Source: a virus (Duplodnaviria; Caudoviricetes). From it: a DNA stretch of 63,174 nt. The position numbers and the translations under genes were made by a program. This document shows, in pieces, positions 7,810 through 16,689 of the stretch. Under the pieces are notes generated by a model that was not told the DNA's origin, did not search any database, and saw only the letters and a list, made by a program, of their open reading frames with translations. The stretch covers positions 1 to 63,174 of IMG/VR virus record IMGVR_UViG_3300018405_000018, one strand, 5' to 3'. How positions within the stretch are numbered: the first letter of the stretch is position 1; every line of letters starts with the position of its first letter.

Positions 7810-10800
7810 TTACCTGCCTGCTTTCAGGGTCTCGACTTCTTGTTTGAGTTCTTTGATCGCTTCAATCAGCAAACTAACAATTCTGTCGTATTTGACTGCA
7901 AGTGTACCATCGGTTCGCTGAGAGACAACTTCTGGTAAAACTTGTTGTATCTCTTGTGCAATCACACCAACATCGTGACGACGTACGAAATATTCGTCGA
8001 TGCCACCCTTCGATGCAATATATTCGTCAGACCAATCAAATTCAACTCCACGAATTTGATTAACTTTGTCTAATGCGTTGGCAATCGGGGTAACGTTCTT
8101 TTTGAGTCTAGCATCAGACGAGAAAAACGCTGTGACATCGTTTGTTGCTCGAATTTCGCCGGTTGTTCCTGAAGCTGCTACACCAACGCCAAGAGATGCA
8201 ATCTGTGTGTTTGTGTTTGTTATTACAACCGCATCCGTGATTCCGTAACCAGCAAGTGTTGTCGGATTGGTGCCTGATGACACACGACCGTCGGTTCCTA
8301 CTGTTACTCTCGTGTATGTTCCGCCTGCAACACCTGTGGTTGACAAAGTTGTCGGCAAAGACAGGTTTGGAGACACCAGAGAGATTGATCCTGTGATCGC
8401 GCCTGTTAGTGTCAGAGTAGGCTTTTCAGAAATATTTGGCCAACGTGCTGTTGTCTCGTTTACAGTATAAACATTCTGAGACACCGGATCTGATGCATTT
8501 GTCGTAACGTCACCTATCAGAACTCTACTAAACGTGTTGTTCATTCTCCTTGTGGATGTAAACACTTCAAGAATACGGACATCATTAGTGTTTCTGCGAA
8601 CATAGATGTAGTTTATAGTGTTAGGCAGCAATGTAACAGATGTTGGTTGCAACCTTGACCACTGTCCCGCCACGAACACGTCTTGTGCAGATATGTAGGC
8701 AATTAGCCCCACGCTTCCAGTAACACGTTTAATTATGTTACGATTAACCCCGGTAATGAAGGCTGTTCTAGCAACAATTGATTGTGTCTGATCAACCCAC
8801 CGTACCGTGGGTGTGGTTGTTCGTGTTCCTGTGAATCCCTCATTACTGAACGACATCACATACGTGTTGTTCCACGCAGGAATGTTTGTTAGACCCTGCT
8901 CAACTGTAAACGCTGTACCATCAAATGTCAGTCTGTTATAAGGAGCTTGCAATACATCACCAACACCCATATATGTTTGGTTAACGTACACGTCACCAGA
9001 TTGATCAATCAGTATGTTTGAGGTGGTGCTGTTAATAGCACTCACGTTTACAGCGGTTCCGTGAAAATGGCTGCGAGATGAGTTTGCTATGTGTTCGTTT
9101 ATGAGTGGTGATTCTGTCCAGACCCCTGCCGAAAATGCCAATACACGTGTTGAATTGAACTCACCAGTCTTTCTTACAGCATAATAAAACACATTACGTT
9201 TCGGGTCAAATCCCCAATTGCCTGCAGCAACATATCCAGCAGGGAGGGACGGGCTTGTCCCAACAACGTTGTAAGGTGTTACACTAACCATCAGCGTTGC
9301 TGAGTCTATTGTAATTCTGTGAATGGCTTGTCCCGGTCCAGTGCAAAATAAAAACAGTGGTGTGTCTGTGTGATCAAACGTTACACATATGTGTTGTTGA
9401 TTTGTGATGTGTTGAAAGTTGGCTGGCACAGCATTATCCAACACACTTGTTGGTGCGGTTGATGGACGAGCGTCGAACAATCTCCACCGACCAGGCACGA
9501 TCGACATTGTTGTGCCAATTAACGTGTATTCACCTATCATCCACCGGCCACCGTAAGACGTGCCTACACCAGCAAACATACACATGTTGTTGGGGAACAA
9601 CATCAGCTGTCTCACCGATTTTGACCAAGGCGACGAATCTGGTGTGGCAAAAGATAGTGTTGGCGACCACCAGAAATCAGCGCTACGATCAAATTGTCTT
9701 GTTATTGTTGTTTTGTTGAAAAGAAAGTTTGTGGTGTTCCAAAAGTTGTGTTGCACAAGAAATACCGTGTTTGTTGGTTCATCAAACGAATATCTGCGAG
9801 TGGCTTCTGTTTGTCCAGTGGATGGTCCAAAAAACAAATGTGTAGAATTTGGAATGAGTGATGTAACTTGCCCAACGCCTGTTGACATCACTGACGGTGG
9901 TATGTCATAAGATAGTGTAAACGTTTGAAAACGTAATCCTGTTGTTCCACTAGCCAGCGCTGTTACCATTATGCCAAACACAACAAACAAGTTGTTGGTA
10001 GACGGCACATACATTGGTGAAAAATGTCTGAGTGATATTCCGCTAACACTTGTTATAGTAGGGTGTGTATAGTCAATATCTGCTGTAAAGTTGAACAACG
10101 ATCGATCTGTTCCGAGCTGTGTCCAGGTTTGCGTGTCAAATATACGAAGAACAAACTGCCCGCTAACGGCTACTAAATCGACAGCTCTGTTCTGTGCCAA
10201 CACCATTTTGGCATTTGATGATATTGTGCCTACAGGAACTGCAGTGCGGTTCCAGCTGACAGGACTGTCGAGATTGTTTGTTCTTATCAACGTGAGTGTT
10301 GATGACGACGGAGATGTGTTTGCTATAGTGACTAACAACCAATCATTGCTGCCTCCGTGAACAGCTGTAATGAACTCTGTTGCAGTCAGAAACGGTGGAC
10401 GGACCGCATCTGGATCAAACAACCACGACGTTTCTGTTGAAAGTTTACGAGCTTTGAACATGTCTGGTTGGCTACTCCCGTCACTTGCAATGTAATATAC
10501 ACACTCTTCATCATATTCATTGACTATCGTAACCCCCACACCTTCCATCCACGAATAATCAAACTTGCTGGTTATCCCCACAATGTGATCATTACCTTTA
10601 CCAACTTTTGGCTCAAAGTTCAGGAAGTTGTTGTCAAAGAAATACTGTGCTGTTACCGCCTGGTTCATTTCCTGTGGTTGAGCAAGCGTTAAAGTGCCGT
10701 CTGCGTTCCTGATAGCAATGTTGTCTGTGATTCCATAACCAGACAGCGTTGTTGGTTTAGATGTTACTTGTGTCCAACTAACAGTTGCTGACGACAGAGT

Positions 10801-11058
10801 ACCCGTAATAGCAGATGCTGGAATTGTCGGCGATGCTGTCGTAATGGCGCCGTTAAAAAATACATATCCTGATAAACCTGTCGTGTTTTGGCCAAATCCA
10901 CCATATTGACGAGAGATTGCTGTTGCGTTCCACGTTCCGCTAGTTATTGTACCAACTTGGTTGTTTGTTCCTTGCAAGTTTGTATTGCCCGCAACAACTG
11001 CGTTCCCAGCAACCTGAATACCGTTTTTGATTCTGAAATCTGATTCGATTGTAGACAT
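7810..11058 (-). CDS. Large tail fibre/spike with C-terminal peptidase S74 intramolecular chaperone
   Basis: C-terminal FFSSDARLKKNVTPIANALDKVNQIRGVEFDW...VGVIAQEIQQVLPEVV...AVKYDRIVSLLIEAIKEL is a classic S74 domain. Also has PTTL.GYGITD fibre motifs and a large beta-rich central domain. Confidence 0.88.
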   Translation of the reverse strand: MSTIESDFRIKNGIQVAGNAVVAGNTNLQGTNNQVGTITSGTWNATAISRQYGGFGQNTTGLSGYVFFNGAITTASPTIPASAITGTLSSATVSWTQVTSKPTTLSGYGITDNIAIRNADGTLTLAQPQEMNQAVTAQYFFDNNFLNFEPKVGKGNDHIVGITSKFDYSWMEGVGVTIVNEYDEECVYYIASDGSSQPDMFKARKLSTETSWLFDPDAVRPPFLTATEFITAVHGGSNDWLLVTIANTSPSSSTLTLIRTNNLDSPVSWNRTAVPVGTISSNAKMVLAQNRAVDLVAVSGQFVLRIFDTQTWTQLGTDRSLFNFTADIDYTHPTITSVSGISLRHFSPMYVPSTNNLFVVFGIMVTALASGTTGLRFQTFTLSYDIPPSVMSTGVGQVTSLIPNSTHLFFGPSTGQTEATRRYSFDEPTNTVFLVQHNFWNTTNFLFNKTTITRQFDRSADFWWSPTLSFATPDSSPWSKSVRQLMLFPNNMCMFAGVGTSYGGRWMIGEYTLIGTTMSIVPGRWRLFDARPSTAPTSVLDNAVPANFQHITNQQHICVTFDHTDTPLFLFCTGPGQAIHRITIDSATLMVSVTPYNVVGTSPSLPAGYVAAGNWGFDPKRNVFYYAVRKTGEFNSTRVLAFSAGVWTESPLINEHIANSSRSHFHGTAVNVSAINSTTSNILIDQSGDVYVNQTYMGVGDVLQAPYNRLTFDGTAFTVEQGLTNIPAWNNTYVMSFSNEGFTGTRTTTPTVRWVDQTQSIVARTAFITGVNRNIIKRVTGSVGLIAYISAQDVFVAGQWSRLQPTSVTLLPNTINYIYVRRNTNDVRILEVFTSTRRMNNTFSRVLIGDVTTNASDPVSQNVYTVNETTARWPNISEKPTLTLTGAITGSISLVSPNLSLPTTLSTTGVAGGTYTRVTVGTDGRVSSGTNPTTLAGYGITDAVVITNTNTQIASLGVGVAASGTTGEIRATNDVTAFFSSDARLKKNVTPIANALDKVNQIRGVEFDWSDEYIASKGGIDEYFVRRHDVGVIAQEIQQVLPEVVSQRTDGTLAVKYDRIVSLLIEAIKELKQEVETLKAGR

Positions 11059-11094
11059 AATGTGAGCCTTCCCTATCCAGCTTTGTTCCTGGGA

Positions 11095-11101
11095 TATTTA
11101 T
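11095..11101 (-). promoter_or_regulatory. T4-type late promoter
   Basis: cATAAATA upstream of 11058, just after a terminator. Confidence 0.7.
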
Positions 11102-11113
11102 GAGCAGAGCAAT

Positions 11114-11139
11114 AAAAAGGGCGCCGTAGCGCCCTTTTT
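11114..11139. terminator. Rho-independent terminator (bidirectional form)
   Basis: AAAAAGGGCGC-cgta-GCGCCCTTTTT; minus-strand loop C(UACG)G. Confidence 0.85.
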
Positions 11140-11154
11140 GTCGTATCGCAGATA

Positions 11155-14100
11155 TTACACTACTGTCCAGCCACCACTGAGGTAAATCTTCAGCGCAGAT
11201 GCTGTCGTATCGTACCATAGTTGGCCGATTGCTGGCGAAGTTGGAGCAGAGCCAGCAACATTAGCAATTGTGCCGCCAGGAGCACCAGCAGAACCAGTGA
11301 AGCCTGTTGAGCCAACCGCTGCGTCAACCCACTGTGAGCTGTCGCCATCGTTGAACCAAATCTTCAGACGACCGTTTGTGGTGTCAAACCACAGATCACC
11401 ATCAGCAGGCGACACAGGAGCAGTTGCACCTGTGAACGTTGACGCGTCAGCACCAGCAGAACCGGTGAAGCCAGCACTACCCGTGAAGCCAGCTCCTTGT
11501 GAACCGGTGAAACCGATCAAGCCTTGCGAGCCTGTGTAGCCTTGAACACCCTGGATACCTTGCAGACCTTGAACGCCCTGAGCACCCTGCGAACCAGTGT
11601 AGCCTTGGATGCCTTGTGGTCCCTGAGGGCCCTGAACACCTTGTTCACCTTGTGAACCTGTGAAGCCAGTTGGGCCAGCCACGGTAGAAGCAGAACCGGT
11701 AAAACCGATAGGACCCTGCGGGCCAGTTGCACCTTGAGGACCAGTGATACCAGTAGCACCTGATAGGTCGTTGACGTACGAGTACGATGTACCGTCCCAC
11801 AGATACAGACGGCTGTTTTCCGGATCGTTGACATTTGCTGTCTCAATGATAGCAAACTGACCTGCTGTGATGCCAGTAGGTGCTGTATCAGCGGTTAGAG
11901 CGGCAACAGAAGCGTACACTTTTGCAATCGTGAAGCCCATACCGGTGTCACCTTTGGAACCGGTAAAGCCAATCTCACCTTGTACACCCCGAACGCCTTG
12001 TGAACCTGTGAAGCCAGTAGCACCAACAGAACCTGTGAAGCCAGTAGCACCAACAGAACCTGTGAAGCCAACATCACCCTGAACGCCCTGAACGCCTTGT
12101 GAACCTGTGAAGCCAGTAGCACCAACAGAACCTGTGAAGCCAGTAGCACCTTGCGGGCCAGCGGCACCAGTGGAACCTGTTAGACCGATATCACCCCGAG
12201 AGCCTGTGTAGCCGAGTACACCCTGTGAACCAACATCGCCCTTAGAGCCTGTGTAGCCGATTGGGCCTTGAATCCCTTGTTCACCTTGAACGCCTTGAGG
12301 ACCGATTGGACCTCGAATCCCTTGTTCACCTTGTGAACCTGTGAAGCCAATAGAACCGGTGAAACCTGTTGGACCAGCAACTGTAGAAGCAGAACCTGTA
12401 AAGCCTGTTGGGCCTTGCGGACCTGTCAGACCAGCAGTACCTGACAGATCTGTTACGTATGAGTAAACAGAACCGTTCCACAGATATAACTTAGCATTGT
12501 CAGCGTCGTTGACGTTACCAGTTTCAATGATAGCAAACTGACCAGCAGAGATGCCAGTAGGTGTCGTATCAGCGGTTAGAGCGGCAACAGAAGCGTATGT
12601 CTTTGCGATTGTGAAGCCCATACCGGTGTCACCCTTGGAACCAGTAAAGCCTGTCGCACCTGCTACGCCAGTCGCACCTTGAGAGCCAGTGAAGCCGGTT
12701 GTGCCTTGTGAACCAGCCGGTCCAGCAGATCCTGTGAAACCTTGTTCGCCCTGAGAGCCTGTGAAACCGGTTGTGCCTGCAGCACCGGTTGCGCCTGTGT
12801 TGCCCTTAGAGCCTGTGTATCCGATAGGACCTTGAACGCCCTGGATACCCTGTACACCTTGAACACCCTGTACACCTTGAACGCCTTGTGAACCCGTGAA
12901 ACCGATAGAACCAGTGAAACCTGTTGGACCAGCAACAGTAGAAGCAGAACCAGTGAAACCAGCAGAACCAGTGAAACCTTGCAGACCTTGCTCACCAACG
13001 TCTCCCCTGGAGCCAGTGAAACCAGTTGTACCTTGTGGTCCTTGCAGGCCTTGAGAGCCTGTGAAACCAGTTGCGCCTTGCGGACCAGCGACGGTAGAAG
13101 CAGAACCTGTAAAGCCTGTATCACCCTTGGAGCCAGTATAACCAATCGCACCTTGTGGACCAGCAACGGTAGAAGCAGAACCAGCGTAACCGATCGGACC
13201 TCGCGGGCCAGTTAAGCCTGTTGTACCAGACAAATCTGTTACATATGTGTAGGCAGTGCCTGACCACAGATACAACTTAGCGTTGTCTGCGTCATTGACG
13301 TTGCCTGTTTCAATAACAGCAAACTGACCAGGAACGATTCCTGTCGGTGCTGTATCAGCGGTTAGAGCGGCAACAGAAGCGTACACTTTTGCAATCGTGA
13401 AGCCCATCCCTGTTTCGCCTTTGGAGCCAGTGAAGCCGATTGAACCAGTAAAACCAACAGAGCCTGTCAGACCAGTCGGTCCTTGAATACCTTGCTCGCC
13501 TTGTGAACCTGTGTATCCACGAGAGCCTGTAAAACCTTGCGCGCCTTCCGCACCGTTTGTACCGTTTGTACCAGCAGAGCCAGTGAAACCGGTTGCACCT
13601 TGAACGCCCTGTGAACCAGTGAAGCCGATTGGGCCTTGGGTTCCTTGAGGTCCTTGAATACCTTGTTCACCTTGAATGCCTTGAGCACCCTGCGGGCCCT
13701 GAATACCTTGAGAGCCAGTGAAACCGGTTGCACCTTGAGCACCCTGTGAGCCTGTGAAGCCAGCACCGGCTGGACCTATGGAACCTGTGAAACCAGTCTC
13801 ACCTTGGATGCCTTGAACACCCTGCGGGCCTTGAACACCCTGCGGGCCTTGTGAACCGGTGAAACCGATTGAACCAGTGAAGCCTGTTGGACCAGCAACA
13901 GTAGAAGCAGAACCAGTGAAACCAGTTGCACCCTGCGGGCCAGTGATGCCCTGTGTACCCGACAAATCTGTCACATACGAGTATGATGTGCCGTTCCACA
14001 GATATAACTTAGCGTTGTCTGCGTTTTGTGGATCACCTGTTTCAATAACAGCGAACTGGCCTGCAACAATCCCTGTAGGTGTCAGATCTGCTTCCAGAGC

Positions 14101-14463
14101 AGCAACAGATACGTACGACTTCGCGATGCTGAAGCCCATCCCTGTATCACCTTTGGAACCGGTGAAACCACGCTCGCCTTGCGCTCCGTTAGTGCCAGCT
14201 GAGCCTGTAAAGCCCTGAACGCCCTGAATACCTTGTGTACCCTGCGGGCCCTGTGGGCCTTGAACACCCTGTGGGCCTTGTGAACCGGTGAAACCAGCTA
14301 CACCCTGAATACCTTGCAGGCCCTGTGAACCGGTGAAACCGATTGAACCCTGATAACCTACTGTTGCGCCTGCCCAAGATGTGCCGTCCCATGTATAGAC
14401 TTTAGTGCCGATAGAGTAGATGTCACCAATCTGCGGACTAGCTGGAAAATTTAAAGCAGCCAT
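11155..14463 (-). CDS. Collagen-like fibre protein A (G[FY]TGS-rich, four globular interruptions)
   Basis: Long Gly-X-Y runs with ~48 G[FY]TGS by manual count and four copies of a ~60-aa IAK.YASVAALTAD module. N-terminal NFP.SP..GD.Y...W module and two C-terminal GDLWFD/GQLWYD modules. Confidence 0.85.
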   Translation of the reverse strand: MAALNFPASPQIGDIYSIGTKVYTWDGTSWAGATVGYQGSIGFTGSQGLQGIQGVAGFTGSQGPQGVQGPQGPQGTQGIQGVQGFTGSAGTNGAQGERGFTGSKGDTGMGFSIAKSYVSVAALEADLTPTGIVAGQFAVIETGDPQNADNAKLYLWNGTSYSYVTDLSGTQGITGPQGATGFTGSASTVAGPTGFTGSIGFTGSQGPQGVQGPQGVQGIQGETGFTGSIGPAGAGFTGSQGAQGATGFTGSQGIQGPQGAQGIQGEQGIQGPQGTQGPIGFTGSQGVQGATGFTGSAGTNGTNGAEGAQGFTGSRGYTGSQGEQGIQGPTGLTGSVGFTGSIGFTGSKGETGMGFTIAKVYASVAALTADTAPTGIVPGQFAVIETGNVNDADNAKLYLWSGTAYTYVTDLSGTTGLTGPRGPIGYAGSASTVAGPQGAIGYTGSKGDTGFTGSASTVAGPQGATGFTGSQGLQGPQGTTGFTGSRGDVGEQGLQGFTGSAGFTGSASTVAGPTGFTGSIGFTGSQGVQGVQGVQGVQGIQGVQGPIGYTGSKGNTGATGAAGTTGFTGSQGEQGFTGSAGPAGSQGTTGFTGSQGATGVAGATGFTGSKGDTGMGFTIAKTYASVAALTADTTPTGISAGQFAIIETGNVNDADNAKLYLWNGSVYSYVTDLSGTAGLTGPQGPTGFTGSASTVAGPTGFTGSIGFTGSQGEQGIRGPIGPQGVQGEQGIQGPIGYTGSKGDVGSQGVLGYTGSRGDIGLTGSTGAAGPQGATGFTGSVGATGFTGSQGVQGVQGDVGFTGSVGATGFTGSVGATGFTGSQGVRGVQGEIGFTGSKGDTGMGFTIAKVYASVAALTADTAPTGITAGQFAIIETANVNDPENSRLYLWDGTSYSYVNDLSGATGITGPQGATGPQGPIGFTGSASTVAGPTGFTGSQGEQGVQGPQGPQGIQGYTGSQGAQGVQGLQGIQGVQGYTGSQGLIGFTGSQGAGFTGSAGFTGSAGADASTFTGATAPVSPADGDLWFDTTNGRLKIWFNDGDSSQWVDAAVGSTGFTGSAGAPGGTIANVAGSAPTSPAIGQLWYDTTASALKIYLSGGWTVV

Positions 14464-14503
14464 TGTTTTGTCCCTTTAGAAAACTGTTGTTGAATGATTG
14501 ATA

Positions 14504-14510
14504 TATTTAT
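14504..14510 (-). promoter_or_regulatory. T4-type late promoter
   Basis: cATAAATA upstream of 14463. Confidence 0.7.
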
Positions 14511-14555
14511 GATGATGCTGTCAATAGTTAAACATCTGCTGTATTTGTGTCTGGG

Positions 14556-16037
14556 TTAACCATTTAAGGTAGCAGCAAACACAAAATCAACGTTGTTCAA
14601 TGAAGTATCAGCAACAGACGGTCCTACCAGCGTTAGAAGATCGCCTTGTGCGACTACGATCTCTGTTGAGGCTGAAAAAGTTCCAGTCGTGCTGCCAGCA
14701 CCAAACGTTACAGTACCTAGCTGAACATTGTGTCTCCGGAATGAAAATACACGTTGTGCAGTAGGACCTGCATCCGCACGGGCTAACGAGCCTGCAAAGT
14801 TAGCCGGAATTGTGAACGAGCGTGGTGACAGAAACCGTAAAATCTGCTGGTTAGTTGTTGTAAGACCACCAATCACGCTAGCAAACACGTCGTAAGGCAC
14901 ACCTTGAATTGATCCTGCTGAGCCTGTGTAGCCGATCGAACCTGTGTAGCCAGTTAGACCAATTGTACCAATCGCTGCGTCTACCCATTGTGCACTGTCG
15001 CCGTCAACGTAGTAAATCTTCAGTTGGCCGTCAACCGATGACCACCACTGATCGCCGGGTGCTGGATTAGCAGGAGGAGCAACGTCAATAAACGTTACAC
15101 CACGTGACCCCGTAAAGCCGAGTTCACCTCGCGAGCCAGTAAAACCCACGCCTTGAGAGCCAGTGAAACCAACAGAACCTGTGAAACCTGTCGGGCCAGG
15201 AACTTCAGATGCAGACCCAGTGAAACCTATGGATCCAGTGAAACCTATGGATCCAGTGAAACCCACAGATCCAGTGAAACCCTCAACACCTTGAGATCCT
15301 GTAAAGCCCCGCGATCCTGTAAAGCCTGTTGGACCAGCAACCGTCGACGCAGAACCGGTGAAGCCGATATCACCGCGGGAGCCTGTGAACCCAGCGCCAG
15401 CAGAGCCAGTGAAACCGATTGAGCCTGTAAAACCTAGATTCCCTCGTGAACCAGTGAAACCGCGAGAACCGGCAAAACCTATTGCACCCTGCGAACCTGT
15501 AAAACCTATAACACCAGCAGAGCCTGTGAAGCCGACACTACCCGTGAAACCTACAGAACCAGTAAATCCTGACCCTCCACCACCGCCTGTTGCACTGATA
15601 GTTATCGTTTGTGGATCTGCTAGGTTGTCTGTTGTAATTGTTACGTTGTTACCTGCAACTAATCTCAACGTATCGAGTCCTACTGCAGTCAATGTTCCCT
15701 GCCCACCAACCTCAATAAACTTAAACGTTGAATTCATGCCAACCTTGACAGCACCGCCGCCGAGATCGGTTATGTCAAACCCTGAAGCTGTATCAAAGCG
15801 CAACGATGTTGTAGTAATGTCACCCGGAAGCACAGTCATCCCGTTGATCAAGCCGACAGTTAAAGCAGCTGACGAACCAGTAAACCCGATAACACCACGA
15901 GATCCAGTGTATCCAACAGGACCTTGGACGGTTCCAGTTGTTAGCGCCCAACCCTTGCCGTTGTATATCCACGATCTCCCACCAAGAGAGTAAACATCAC
16001 CTACAGATGGCGATGAGGGAAAATCAATAAAAGACAT
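14556..16037 (-). CDS. Collagen-like fibre protein B with C-terminal beta-sandwich (C1q/BclA-CTD-like) domain
   Basis: Start moved to ATG 16037 (MSFIDFPSSP, parallel to MAALNFPASP). ~23 G[FY]TGS. The ~110-aa all-beta C-terminal fold is inferred. Confidence 0.8.
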   Translation of the reverse strand: MSFIDFPSSPSVGDVYSLGGRSWIYNGKGWALTTGTVQGPVGYTGSRGVIGFTGSSAALTVGLINGMTVLPGDITTTSLRFDTASGFDITDLGGGAVKVGMNSTFKFIEVGGQGTLTAVGLDTLRLVAGNNVTITTDNLADPQTITISATGGGGGSGFTGSVGFTGSVGFTGSAGVIGFTGSQGAIGFAGSRGFTGSRGNLGFTGSIGFTGSAGAGFTGSRGDIGFTGSASTVAGPTGFTGSRGFTGSQGVEGFTGSVGFTGSIGFTGSIGFTGSASEVPGPTGFTGSVGFTGSQGVGFTGSRGELGFTGSRGVTFIDVAPPANPAPGDQWWSSVDGQLKIYYVDGDSAQWVDAAIGTIGLTGYTGSIGYTGSAGSIQGVPYDVFASVIGGLTTTNQQILRFLSPRSFTIPANFAGSLARADAGPTAQRVFSFRRHNVQLGTVTFGAGSTTGTFSASTEIVVAQGDLLTLVGPSVADTSLNNVDFVFAATLNG

Positions 16038-16076
16038 AGTTGGCAGCCCCAATCAAACGTGTTTGCAAGCTGCTAA

Positions 16077-16316
16077 TTAAGCGCTTGGTTGTTCTGTGTT
16101 TTCTTCTAATGTAGCGTCAATAGGTTGGTTGAGGTGCGCTGGACGCTCGATTGCCGTGTGTGCAAGCGCTTCCACTGGCTCGTTAGTGCCGACGTACCAA
16201 TCTTTACCAACAGAAGTTGCCCAGCTTTGCACAGGAACATCGAACGCTTGTTCCCTTGTCACTGGACCATAGTAGTAGTATGCTTGTGTTAACAGTTCTG
16301 AAAGTTGTTCGTACAT
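16077..16316 (-). CDS. Small hypothetical protein
   Basis: ATG 16316 lies just after the stop of 16319..16687; tightly packed in the fibre operon. Confidence 0.55.
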   Translation of the reverse strand: MYEQLSELLTQAYYYYGPVTREQAFDVPVQSWATSVGKDWYVGTNEPVEALAHTAIERPAHLNQPIDATLEENTEQPSA

Positions 16317-16318
16317 GT

Positions 16319-16687
16319 TTATCCCCATGAGTAAGTTGTTTGTGTTATTGGCAGAGCAGCAATGTTTATTACAGGTCTGTACAATGTCATGAAGTATGCC
16401 CCTTCGGTTGGTATTGGATTAGAAGCCCAAACACCTGGGACATCAGACCCTTCCAAACCTGAAGGATTATACACTGTTCCTGTAAACATTGGAACAGTTG
16501 CCCATTCACCAGGAACATTTATGTTTTGTTCGCTGTATCCACCGCCTGTTGTATTGAATGGCAGTATTGCTGACGGACCAAACAGCACTTCTGGGCGCGT
16601 GCCTATGACATAGTAGGATGTTATATCAGGCAGCGCTGCACCAGACAGCATTTCTGCTGATGCAGGTAGAATGGTCCAGTCAGCCAT
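16319..16687 (-). CDS. Hypothetical fibre-associated protein
   Basis: 122 aa, abuts the stop of the upstream gene, Pro/Gly/Trp-rich. Confidence 0.6.
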   Translation of the reverse strand: MADWTILPASAEMLSGAALPDITSYYVIGTRPEVLFGPSAILPFNTTGGGYSEQNINVPGEWATVPMFTGTVYNPSGLEGSDVPGVWASNPIPTEGAYFMTLYRPVINIAALPITQTTYSWG

Positions 16688-16689
16688 TA

